Shown here: in pieces, positions 22,491 to 32,331 of the stretch | Layout of the letters: every line of letters begins with the position of its first letter | Numbering within the stretch: position 1 is the stretch's first letter | Assembly (NCBI RefSeq): GCF_001194135.2 | Contig: NC_068987.1 | Span: forward strand, 90,487,231 to 90,527,333 | Direction of reading: 5' to 3' | Origin: Octopus bimaculoides | Taxonomy: Eukaryota | Length of the DNA: 40,103 nucleotides | Made by a program: the position numbers and the translations under genes | Notes under the pieces: generated by a model | What the model saw: only the letters and a program-made list of their open reading frames with translations | The model's database searches: none | What the model was told of the DNA's origin: nothing

Positions 22491-22578
22491 TTGCATCTGA
22501 ATTAAACCAATAAATTATCTCCTACAAACTCCAACCTTTTTGGCTTCATGGCACATGGAACAGCAAATAGAAACTCAC

Positions 22579-22610
22579 CAATGCATTTCCAGAAAAGTTT
22601 TTAAAAAATT
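22579..22610 (-). CDS. Candidate 32-nt exon (xFFKNFSGNAL or NFLKTFLEMHx)
   Basis: Consensus donor TTG|GTGAGT; acceptor TTTTTTCCCTAAATTGTTAACATTCAAAG|. Confidence 0.2.
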
Positions 22611-22909
22611 CTTTGAATGTTAACAATTTAGGGAAAAAATAGAGAAATCTGTTGTTTGCTTTGTTTTATTAATCATATTTGTGTGAGACGACATTGTAAA
22701 TAACATGTTTGTGAAAACAATCAAATATTATCATGGCTTCTCTAAAACCTTAAATTATATTTATTTTCAAAATTTCACAGAACACTTTGAAACCTCTTCC
22801 AGCATATTGTTAGGGGAGCACTGCTTAACAGGGGTCACTTAGCCTCTAAAAATTCACAGCCAAATCTTCCTCAAATTCAGCCTTGTCAACATATAAAAGA
22901 AAAATATGC

Positions 22910-22992
22910 ACAAGCATGGCTGTGTGGTTAAGAAGCTTGTTTCCCTACTTCTCAACCATATGACCATGTGTTCAGTCCCACTGTGCAGCACC
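22910..22992 (+). mobile_element. SINE family B head fragment
   Basis: GCATGGCTGTGTGGTTAAGAAGCTTG...TGTTCAGTCCCACTG. Confidence 0.75.
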
Positions 22993-23084
22993 TATATAAA
23001 TAAGGATAAGATTGTTATTTAAAATACCGATCATATCAAGCGGCCAGCATGCGAATAAAAACCTTATAGGTAATAATTATTATT

Positions 23085-23255
23085 AAAATCATAATTAAGG
23101 GTGTCTAAGAGATACCACCATGCTAGAGATAGCAGTCAAAACTTGACTCTAATACCACTTCATATATTCATACAGCACAAGGTGGTTTTAGAGACAAGCT
23201 TTGACTGCTGTCTCTAGCATGGTGGTATCTCTTAGATACTCTTAATTATAATTTT
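23085..23255. mobile_element. Fold-back (MITE-like) element with 75-bp inverted arms and 21-nt loop
   Basis: 23085-23159 vs reverse complement of 23181-23255: 8 differences, no indels. Confidence 0.9.
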
Positions 23256-23256
23256 G

Positions 23257-23356
<100 letters not shown>

Positions 23357-23360
23357 TATA

Positions 23361-23545
23361 GTTGAAATTTATAAAAAAACAAAGACGAAGACAGGTGTAG
23401 GAACAACAAGCAGGTGTATTAGTTTGACACTCAGGAAAAATGGAAAAGTCTTTTACGTTTCGAGTCTACACTCTTCGGCAGAAAAGAATAAGAGGAAATA
23501 GAGAGAGAATGAAAAAAGAACGTGTTGAGTTCAGTGGTCCAACAT
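23361..23545 (-). mobile_element. Short Penelope-LTR-like repeat carrying a hammerhead motif, next to (TA)n
   Basis: Contains ACGTTTCG and a hammerhead-like core; Penelope assignment is inferred from the motif; approximate ends. Confidence 0.5.
23447..23490 (-). ncRNA. Minimal type-I hammerhead ribozyme-like motif, variant core CUGCCGA
   Basis: UUUU-CUGCCGA-A-GAGU(GUAG)ACUC-GAAA-CGU-A-AAAG: stem I 4 bp (one G.U), stem II 4 bp with tetraloop, palindromic ACGU. Confidence 0.6.
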
Positions 23546-23679
23546 GCACTGTGGGGTGCATTTGATCCCATCACACACACACACACACACACATAGAGAG
23601 AGAGAAAGAGAGGGATACATATGTATGTATGTGTCTATTTGTGTGTCCCCTTGTCTTGATTTTGTATAATAGTTGGAAA

Positions 23680-23895
23680 TGAGCATCTGCGTCACAGAAG
23701 CAATTTTGTTTCCAGTCAGCCATGAAAAAATATGTTTAGCCATTGGCAAAATATGACCTTGTATGGAAACTGGTGAGGACTGATTATTAGGAAAGGGGAT
23801 CTGGCCATAGAAAATCTGCCTCAACTAATACTGTCTGACCCATACAAGCTTAGAAATGTAGACATTAAAACGATGATGAGGATGATGGGATGATG
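23680..23895 (+). mobile_element. Degenerate retroposon with C/D-type tail
   Basis: ATTAGGAAAGGGGATCTGGCCATAGAAAATCTGCC...GACCCATACAAGCTTAGAAATGTAGACATTAAAACGATGATGA. Confidence 0.6.
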
Positions 23896-23984
23896 ACAGT
23901 AGTGGTGGTGGTAGTGGTGGTGTCAGTGAGTGAGAGGCAGAGCAATACCCATTAATTCTGCAGGTCCCACACTCGTGGGATTGT

Positions 23985-24350
23985 TAGGGATTGAGGTTCA
24001 ACTCAAACATTTGTCTGTGAAGGTTTGTAAAGAAACTTGCAGGAAAGGAATTCCAAAGATTTGCAATTCTGGTGAAGAAAGAAGAACTGAGCAAAGTGGT
24101 TTGTGCTAAGCTTGGAAGATGTGACATAATGAGGTTGACAGAGAGAAGAGACAGGTGAGGTGAGGTGAGTTTGGTTTCAGTAGAAAGGTTACGCAGCTTG
24201 TGAGCTCAGATAAGAGGATACCATTGTCATAGTAATGAAAGAGGCAAAGAACGGGATACTGCATCAGTGATTGTAGTGTTTTGGTGAATGGCTTCTTTTA
24301 AACGAGGTCCAGGGTTTTATGTATGCAACAGTACCAACCAAAGCTGGTGT
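23985..24350 (-). mobile_element. CR1-clade LINE, 3' end of ORF2 (degenerate)
   Basis: TLQSL...LCLFHYYDNG..SELT and TRIANLWNSFP resemble the CR1/L2-group C-terminal LxLFYxY / RTxxLWNSLP motifs. Confidence 0.7.
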
Positions 24351-24807
24351 CCTATTATAGGTTTTAACTCATTTGATATTGTTCATTTTTAACCTTTCAT
24401 TTAAAGTTTTTCCTTTCATGATTTTCGTTTAATGTTCATTAAAGCTGAAATATTAATAAATCCATTTTTTACCCTTCTACCTCGCCATTGTTCCAGTTTT
24501 CAATGTGCTTCTCTCTTGATAAAGCATTGTTAACATTAATGCTTTGCTTTTAAATAGACAAACAACCAGAAGTCATGTGACTCTGATAATATTCACTTTG
24601 CTCACACTATTTGTTTTCTGTTGTTATTTTGTTTTTAAGTGGGTGTTTGTTTTTTTTTTTTTATTCCACCAAGATTATAACAGCTTCAGCGAGAAGGAGA
24701 AAAGAAAAACAAATAAATTTTACTCAAGAACTGAAGAAAAAGACGCTTCTTATATATCCATCAAATTCTTGAGACAAACAGTTTAGAAAAATTTAATTAT
24801 ATGCAAA

Positions 24808-25007
24808 AAGCTGTCAGCCAGCAGAATCATTAACATGTCAGACAAAATGCTGAGCAGCATTTTTTCCGCATCTTTATATTCTGAGTTCAAATCCAACCAA
24901 AGTCAATCTTGCTTTCCATCCCTTTGGAGTCGATAAAATAAAGAACCAGTCAAGTCGATCTGATCAATTGTCCCCTCCCCTCAAAATTGCTTGCCTTGAA
25001 GCATGCA
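24808..25007 (+). mobile_element. Degenerate SINE family A
   Basis: CCAGCAGAATC, GAGTTCAAATCC, TTCCATCCCTTTGGAGTCGATAAAATAAAG. Confidence 0.8.
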
Positions 25008-25484
25008 NNNNNNNNNNNNNNNNNNNNNNNNNNNNNNNNNNNNNNNNNNNNNNNNNNNNNNNNNNNNNNNNNNNNNNNNNNNNNNNNNNNNNNNNNNNNN
25101 NNNNNNNNNNNNNNNNNNNNNNNNNNNNNNNNNNNNNNNNNNNNNNNNNNNNNNNNNNNNNNNNNNNNNNNNNNNNNNNNNNNNNNNNNNNNNNNNNNNN
25201 NNNNNNNNNNNNNNNNNNNNNNNNNNNNNNNNNNNNNNNNNNNNNNNNNNNNNNNNNNNNNNNNNNNNNNNNNNNNNNNNNNNNNNNNNNNNNNNNNNNN
25301 NNNNNNNNNNNNNNNNNNAGCATGGAAAATAGGTGTTAAAGGATGATGATCATCATTATAATCATCATCGTTTCAAAGAGAAAATAAACCATCCCCTGAG
25401 TGAAACTTTCAAGTTTTATTTTACTATTCCTTGTTTTTTTTTCATCCAGACAATTTAAAAAAGAATTTACAAGCTAATATATTC

Positions 25485-25625
25485 TACATTATTTACATTT
25501 GATGGATATTTGTCCTCATCTTGTTTGTTGTTAACGTTTCAGCTGATATAACCTCCAGCCTTCATCAGGTGTCTTGGGGAAATTTTGAACCCGGGTTCTC
25601 ATTCCTAAGGTATTTTTCAATGTTA
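25485..25625 (-). mobile_element. Short Penelope-LTR-like repeat with hammerhead core, flanked by (ATT)n
   Basis: Canonical CUGAUGA...GAAA-CGU core on the minus strand; approximate ends. Confidence 0.55.
25529..25573 (-). ncRNA. Type-I hammerhead core, probably inactivated (3' strand of stem I missing)
   Basis: GACAC-CUGAUGA-A-GGCUG(GAGGUUAUAU)CAGCU-GAAA-CGU-U-AAC. Confidence 0.6.
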
Positions 25626-25654
25626 TTATTATTATCATTATTATTATTATTATG

Positions 25655-25745
25655 ACACGACAGAGTATAAGTGCCCTGAGAGAAAAGTTGGATTTAAGAA
25701 GCATCAGATGTGGTGTGCAAGAGAGACGACTGCGCTGGTATGGAT
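25655..25745 (+). mobile_element. RTE-clade LINE fragment
   Basis: SALREKLDLRSIRCGVQERRLRWYG (RTE RLRWxGH motif). Confidence 0.75.
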
Positions 25746-25857
25746 GAAAAGCAAAACCAAGTTTGACAGAATTTGAACTCATAACAAGAAGATGTACAAA
25801 ATGTCATTAAGCATTTTGCTTGCCACATTAACAATTCTGTCGGCTCACCACCTTAAA
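25745..25857 (-). mobile_element. SINE family A head fragment
   Basis: AGAATTTGAACTC...TAAGCATTTTG...ACAATTCTGTCGGCTCACCACCTT. Confidence 0.7.
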
Positions 25858-25984
25858 CGCGAACATAAAATTGATCATCTTTTTTTACCAGAAGGACACA
25901 TCACAAGTGTGTTTCATGTGGTCAGATGATCAATAAAAAGTTTTATATGGATGTCAAAATCAAAATTGCTGATGTATCTGATGA

Positions 25985-27078
25985 CAGTACCACCTGATTG
26001 GCACTTGTGCCAGTGGAACGTTAAAAGCACATTCAAGTGTGATCGTTGCCAGGGCCACGGATTGGCTCCAATGCCAGTGGCATGTTGTTGGCACTCCGTC
26101 GCTTACGACGATGAGGGTTCCAGTTGATCCGATCAACAGAACAGCCTGCTCATGAAATTAACGTGCAAGTGGCTGAGCATTCCACAGACACGTGTACCCT
26201 TAGCGTAGTTCTCAGGGATATTCAGCGTGACACAGTGTGACAAGGCTGACCCTTTGAATTACAGGCACAACAGAATCAGGAAGTAAGAGTGAGAGAAAGT
26301 TGTGATGAAAGAGTACAGCAGGGTTCGCCACTATCCCTTGCCGAAGCCTCGTGGAGCTTTAGATGTTTTCGCTCAATAAACACTCACAGCGCCCGATCTG
26401 GGAATTGAAACCGCGATCCTATGACCATGNNNNNNNNNNNNNNNNNNNNNNNNNNNNNNNNNNNNNNNNNNNNNNNNNNNNNNNNNNNNNNNNNNNNNNN
26501 NNNNNNNNNNNNNNNNNNNNNNNNNNNNNNNNNNNNNNNNNNNNNNNNNNNNNNNNNNNNNNNNNNNNNNNNNNNNNNNNNNNNNNNNNNNNNNNNNNNN
26601 NNNNNNNNNNNNNNNNNNNNNNNNNNNNNNNNNNNNNNNNNNNNNNNNNNNNNNNNNNNNNNNNNNNNNNNNNNCTGGGCCATTGCGCCTCCACTCCAGT
26701 GGCATGTAAAAAGCACCATTCAAGCATGATCATTGCCAGCATCACCTCACCAGCACATGTGCCGGTGACACGGGAAAAACAACATTCGAGCGTGGTTGTT
26801 GCCAGTGCCGCTGGACTGGCTCCTGTACAAGTAGCACATAAAAAACACCTTTTGAGTGTGGTCGTTGCCAAAACCACCTGACTGGCCCTTGTGCCAGTGG
26901 CACGTAAAAACACCCACTACACTCTTGGAGTGGTTGGCATTAGAAAGGGTATCCAGCTGTAGAATCTCTGCCAGATCAGACTGGAGCTTTGTGCAGCCTT
27001 TTGGTTCATCAGTCCTCAATCAAACTGTCCAACCCATGCCAGCCTGGAAAGCAGGCGTTAAACGACGATGATGATGAT
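25985..27078 (+). mobile_element. SINE family C (66-bp tandem units) split by a nested SINE
   Basis: Units at about 25990-26085, then 26706, 26772 and 26838; terminal part from 26904; (GAT)n tail. Confidence 0.85.
26086..26692 (-). mobile_element. tRNA-derived SINE (separate family) nested in family C; N gap inside its head
   Basis: 5' end GGAGGCGCAATGGCCCAG (26675-26692), B-box GGTTTCAATTCCC, 3' end GGAGTGCCAACAACA; TSD CCAGTGGCATGT at 26074-26085 and 26696-26707. Confidence 0.85.
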
Positions 27079-27264
27079 GTCTTGAGGTGTTTCAGAACAA
27101 ACAACCCATATGAAAAGCTCCAAGGCAAGGACTAACAAAATCTGCTGGATGTAATCCACCGACTCATCTACTCTTGGTGACTTTTTGGTGAGTCACAAGA
27201 TGACTCATGTCACCCAGACACCCTACTCTTCAGATTGGACCCTGCAGACTTTTCTGTTGTTCTC

Positions 27265-27615
27265 ATCATCATCATCACCATCATTCAACGTCCATGTTCC
27301 ATCCTAGCATGTGCTGGATGGTTTGACAGGATCCGATGAGTCCAAGCTTCATGCTTCAGTGTCTGTTGTGGTACGGTTTCTACAGCTGGATGCCCTTCTT
27401 AATGCCAACCATTTTATAGAATCTGTTGGGTGTTATTTTTCTTTTGTGCCACCAACATCCAACATTAGTGAGGCCAGCATGCAGCTCAAAAGACTACAAA
27501 ACCTGGTGAAGTGGGGGTGAATTTATATGAGGAGTTGAAGGTTTAAAGCATGGCTTTTCAAGGTGTGAGGTGAATAGAAACGTATTAGGGCAGTGGGACT
27601 GAGAGTGTAGTGGGT
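27265..27615 (-). mobile_element. Retroposon family D
   Basis: Matches 4764-5030 (CTACAGCTGGATGCCCTTC...GACTACAAAACCTG). Confidence 0.75.
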
Positions 27616-28282
27616 AGGTGTGTGTGTGTGTGTGTGGGTCATTGTCAGGGTGTACAGGGCAGGGGGGNNNNNNNNNNNNNNNNNNNNNNNNNNNNNNNNN
27701 NNNNNNNNNNNNNNNNNNNNNNNNNNNNNNNNNNNNNNNNNNNNNNNNNNNNNNNNNNNNNNNNNNNNNNNNNNNNNNNNNNNNNNNNNNNNNNNNNNNN
27801 NNNNNNNNNNNNNNNNNNNNNNNNNNNNNNNNNNNNNNNNNNNNNNNNNNNNNNNNNNNNNNNNNNNNNNNNNNNNNNNNNNNNNNNNNNNNNNNNNNNN
27901 NNNNNNNNNNNNNNNNNNNNNNNNNNNNNNNNNNNNNNNNNNNNNNNNNNNNNNNNNNNNNNNNNNNNNNNNNNNNNNNNNNNNNNNNNNNNNNNNNNNN
28001 NNNNNNNNNNNNNNNNNNNNNNNNNNNNNNNNNNNNNNNNNNNNNNNNNNNNNNNNNNNNNNNNNNNNNNNNNNNNNNNNNNNNNNNNNNNNNNNNNNNN
28101 NNNNNNNNNNNNNNNNNGTAATTTATTTTTAAGGGAAACCTTGAAAAAATCTTTAAGAATCCGTATAAAAATTTGGTTTGTCTAAATATAAAAGACAGCA
28201 ATCTTGTGAAAAAGATATTTCTTGATAGACTGAAAGTTCAGAATAATTTATTGCTTAAATTAATGTCAGGGTTAAGGTATTG

Positions 28283-28300
28283 TTAGGGTTAGGGTTAGGG
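28283..28300 (+). repeat. Interstitial (TTAGGG)3
   Basis: TTAGGGTTAGGGTTAGGG with a degenerate unit upstream. Confidence 0.9.
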
Positions 28301-28454
28301 TTTTTTCGATTGAATGTGTGTATACGTGTCCTGATAATACCATTGTGAAACACATAGAAACGGAAACACATATGCACACTCATATGTCCATACATGCATC
28401 CACACACACACACACACACACACACATCATAATTATTAAAATGTAGCACAGGAA

Positions 28455-28811
28455 GCTTACTTGCTTAAGGCAGTCCATCTTGATAGATGACAATGTTGTC
28501 TTTGATGGTGTTGGCAGGCCCTCTCGTGGCTGAAAAGGCCAATTCTGGAGACACATGTCCGATTACACTGAGAGGAGCAAATAGGGATCCGACGAAGATG
28601 AGCTTGTCTCAGATTTTGCTGACGTTCCTTCAGCTGTCTCCACTTTTCTTCATGAAGTCTAGTCTGCTCATCTTCAAACTGATGTGTACCAGTTTTGACC
28701 ATACTCCACTAGGTAGTACGGTCTGTGGCCAGTGTTTCAATTCACCAGGGAGTGATGCTGCAGAGCTTCAGGGATTTCTTGAGAAGATCTTTATATCACT
28801 TCTTTGGACCT
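28455..28811 (-). mobile_element. RTE/BovB-like LINE 3' end
   Basis: GGPKK*YKDLLKKSLKLC...ETLATDRTT*WSMVKTG...CSSQCNRTCVSRIGLFSHERAC (RTE C-terminal CxxC...RIGLxSH). Confidence 0.88.
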
Positions 28812-29168
28812 CCATGCCAGCTGAGAGGTCTGAAGCAATGTGAAATAAAGAGTCTTGCTCAAGGATATAATGCACTGCTGGGTATTTATTTCTTTATTGC
28901 CCACAAGGGGCTAAATACAGAGGGGACAAACAAAGGGATTAAGTCACTTACATCGACCCCAGTGTGTAACTGATACTTATTTAATCAATTCAAAAAGAGG
29001 ATGAAATCAAAATTGGCCTCACCAGAATTTGAACTTAGAACATAGCAGCAGACGAAACACCACTAAGCATTTCGTCTGGCATGCTAATAATTCTGCCAGC
29101 TTTCCTGCTGGGTATTGAAGTCATGATCTTATGGTCATAAGCCAAATAACCTAACCACTACGCCACAT
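28812..29168 (-). mobile_element. tRNA plus CORE-like SINE head split by a family A insertion
   Basis: Rejoined minus strand GTGGCGTAGTGGTTAGG...ACTTCAATACCCAGCAG...CCTTGAGCAAGACTCTTTATTTCAC. Confidence 0.7.
28887..29104 (-). mobile_element. SINE family A
   Basis: Full-length; perfect 12-bp TSD CTGCTGGGTATT at 28875-28886 and 29105-29116. Confidence 0.9.
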
Positions 29169-29169
29169 A

Positions 29170-29312
29170 CCTTCCCAGCAAACCATGCCAAAGCAGACAG
29201 AACTTGGTGCATCCCTCTGGCTTAACTATCCAGGCAGAATTGTTCAACCCATGCCAGCATGGAAAAAGGGACGTTAAATGAGGATGACAATGATGACGAT
29301 GATGGCATGCAT
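29170..29312 (+). mobile_element. Family C/D 3' tail
   Basis: CAACCCATGCCAGCATGGAAAAAGGGACGTTAAATGAGGATGAC. Confidence 0.8.
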
Positions 29313-29404
29313 ATGTTGAATGAGCAAAAGCAAGAAAAGACACAACAAAAGAGAGAGGTTTTAATAAAGGTGTTATTAATTTAATGCTTAAAAGGACAAG
29401 GTCT

Positions 29405-29440
29405 TTGTTGTTTCAGACATTAGTCCTTCATCAGGAAAAT
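29405..29440 (-). ncRNA. Degenerate hammerhead-like core
   Basis: CUGAUGA-A-GGAC(UAAU)GUCU-GAAA-CAAC; stem III and stem I not recoverable. Confidence 0.35.
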
Positions 29441-29469
29441 GAATAAGGATGAAAGGTGGTGTTGACTAA

Positions 29470-29540
29470 AACTTCTTCAAGGTGGTGCCCCAGCATGGCC
29501 AGTGTTTAATGACTGAAACAAGTAAAAGAAATAAAAGATA
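29470..29540 (+). mobile_element. SINE family B, 3' terminus
   Basis: GGTGCCCCAGCATGGCC...AATGACTGAAACAAGTAAAAGA. Confidence 0.75.
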
Positions 29541-29734
29541 CCATTTACACAGCCAATGAGGTAGTCGCAGAGGAATGGTCGTTTCCCAATGATTGGAATT
29601 TAACAGTATTTAACTAATTTTATCAATTATTATGAAAGTCAAAAAAACAATTAGAAAGACAAAAAGCTGATCGATGAAGTTGTGGGAGGAACAAGAAGTG
29701 TAACAGCGCCATGACTCACTCGTTATGAAGAGAA

Positions 29735-29910
29735 TTAACTCAGAGAAAAAGCAGTGAAGTTTGGAGCCAGGACAGTCTGCCACTGATGCGTTATTCCTTG
29801 CAAGACAAACTACAGAAGCTCTGAACAAAGAACTTGTGGTTGTATCTCGTGTTTGTTGAGCACAAGAAGGCCTTTTTAAATTGGATGAGACAAATGGATG
29901 GGACTGTCTG
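29735..29910 (+). mobile_element. Non-LTR reverse transcriptase fragment (RTE/L2-like)
   Basis: KQ*SLEPGQSATDALFLARQ / LWLYLVFVEHKKAF correspond to Q.GFRPG.ST.DA.F..RQ / L..VFVD..KAFD. Confidence 0.75.
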
Positions 29911-30620
29911 GATGCTGGCAATTTTGTACGGCTCACTGGAGATTCAGGCTCTTTTTGCAGACTCTTTTTGCAACAGAACATTTTGGCACTCGGAGCAAGC
30001 ACGTGCACATTCACACACACACACATGCATGTACAGAGAAATATACACATGTACATAAAAAGTGTGAGAGAAAGGGAGAGAGAGGGAGAGGAGAGAGGAG
30101 GAGAGAGACATTATAATTCATCAACTGAACACAGTTGATAAAAACACTCTTCATATACATAAAGAGACACACATAGATACATGGATAGCAAGAGAGGGAG
30201 AGGGGGAAGAAATAGAGAAGTGAGAGAGAGAGAGAGAGAGAATGAGAGAATAATTAAAACAACTGATGTCAAATAAGTCAGCATCGAATCAGCAACACTA
30301 AATAGGCAGCACCAAAATGATAATGGTGACGGTGACAATGACGGTGGTGGTGGTAGTGGTGGTGATGTCAATGAGGATGATATTGAGAATGATGATGATG
30401 ATGATGGTGATTGGTGACATAATATCTCTCGTACACTTATTGTCAAACATTCCAATACTCAATGTTTAATTCCAGATATGATAGGAAAAGTCGGTTGGTA
30501 TTCTTTTGTCCACAGCTTCCGAGCTTCCATTATCACACACAAGCAATTAATTGATTCATATGCTCTATATTATGTATTACACACACATATATGTATGTAT
30601 GTAGTTATGTATGTATGTAT

Positions 30621-30851
30621 TATTTCTTTACTACCCACAAGGGGCTACACACAGAGGGGACAAACAAAGACAGACAAATGGATTAAGTCGATTATATCGA
30701 CCCCAGTGCGTAACTGGTACTTATTTAATCGACCCCGAAAGGATGAAAGGCAAAGTCGACCTCGGCGGAATTTGAACTCAGAACGTAGCAGCAGACGAAA
30801 TACCGCTAAGCATTTCGCCCGGCGTGCTAACGTTTCTGCCAGCGTGCCGCC
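30621..30851 (-). mobile_element. Young SINE family A inserted in (GTAT)n
   Basis: CpG-rich and near-identical to 979-1213; TSD TTATGTATGTATGTAT at 30605-30620 and 30852-30867. Confidence 0.92.
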
Positions 30852-31170
30852 TTATGTATGTATGTATGTATGTATATGCATGTGTGTGTGTAAATATATG
30901 TATATATATATATGTATGTATGTATATATATGTGTGTGTGTGTGTATGTACATATATGTGTGTGTGTGTATGTATATATATATATATATATATGTATGTA
31001 TCTATGTATGTGTGTATGACTATGTGTGTGTATGTGTATGTATATGTATGTGTGTGTATGTATGAGTTTGTGTATGTGTGTGTATATGTATATATGTGTA
31101 TGCATGTGTGTATGTGTACATGTCTGTGTGTATGTGTGTGTGTATATATATATATGCGTGTGTATGTATC
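30852..31170. repeat. Compound (GT)n/(AT)n/(GTAT)n tract
   Basis: Directly visible. Confidence 0.95.
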
Positions 31171-31397
31171 AGATCTATTTTATCCTACTACTAATTACAA
31201 ACCTCTATGCAGATCTATGCCAAGAGATGTAACAGTCACATAGTAACACGGCTGATACTCTCATACGTTCGATTATAATGATACAATTCTATGCTTTATA
31301 CAGTGTTGCATAATTTTCTCTCACCCTTATTGACAAATGTGTATTCTCTTAGGACTAATTACAGATGTGTGTAAGTGTGTGTGCATGTGTGTATGTA

Positions 31398-31432
<35 letters not shown>

Positions 31433-31439
31433 GTGTGTA

Positions 31440-31685
31440 TTCTTTTACTCTTTTACTTGTTGCAGTCATTTGACCGTGGCCATTGACTAGAGCACTGCAT
31501 TGAATGGTTTTAGTCGAACAAAATGACCCCAGGACTTGATTTTTAAAGCCTAGTACTTATTCTATTGTTCCTTTTTGTCAAACTGCTAAGTTACCAGGAC
31601 GTAAACACACCAACACCGGTTGTCAAGAGGTGATGGCAAGACAAACACAGACACACACACACACATAGATACACATACACACATC

Positions 31686-31725
<40 letters not shown>

Positions 31726-32003
31726 TTATCATCATCATCATTGTTTGACGTCCACCTTCCATGCTGGGCATGGGTTGGACAGTTTGACTGGAGACTGGCA
31801 GGCCAGGAGGCTGCACCAGGCTCCAATCTGATCTGGCAATGTTTCTACAGCTGGATGCCCTTCCTAATGCCAACCACTCTGAGAGTGTAGTGGATGCTTT
31901 TTACATGCCACCAGCACAGGAGCCTGTCGGAGCAAGGGGGCTGGTATCAATCACGTTATATATACGATGAGCTTCTTTCAGTTTCCATCTTCCAAATCCA
32001 CTA
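31440..32003 (-). mobile_element. SINE family B with a family C element (about 31725-31935) in its internal microsatellite
   Basis: B tail at 31440-31660, C tail and body at 31725-31935, B head remnant GCTTCTTTCAGTTTCCATCTTCCAAATCCACT. Confidence 0.8.
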
Positions 32004-32021
32004 TTTTCAAGGTTCTGTTAG

Positions 32022-32115
32022 CTATGAAACATACATAGCCTGGATTCAACCTCCTCCATCCCCTAAATTTGGATTTTTATTCACATACACAGCATCCTCA
32101 GATGCTAACCGTGAA
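32022..32115 (+). CDS. Candidate exon xSVSYETYIAWIQPPPSPKFGFLFTYTASSDANx
   Basis: CTATTTTCAAG| acceptor, weak donor |GTGAAC, phase 1-1; W..PP....GF..TY pattern is loosely FN3-like. Confidence 0.2.
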
Positions 32116-32298
32116 CTATGAAATAATATTTTCAGTTTATCAAACTTCGATACGGGGAAAACTCACAACCTTCTACATCAATAGACCATTATTGTTCTTA
32201 AAAGTAGTTTTTTATACCTTCTATGGCCTGCTTGAAACCTACTAACTTCCTACACCTTGATCCTTGGATCTTATCTTTACATAAATATGTATCTATAT

Positions 32299-32331
<33 letters not shown>

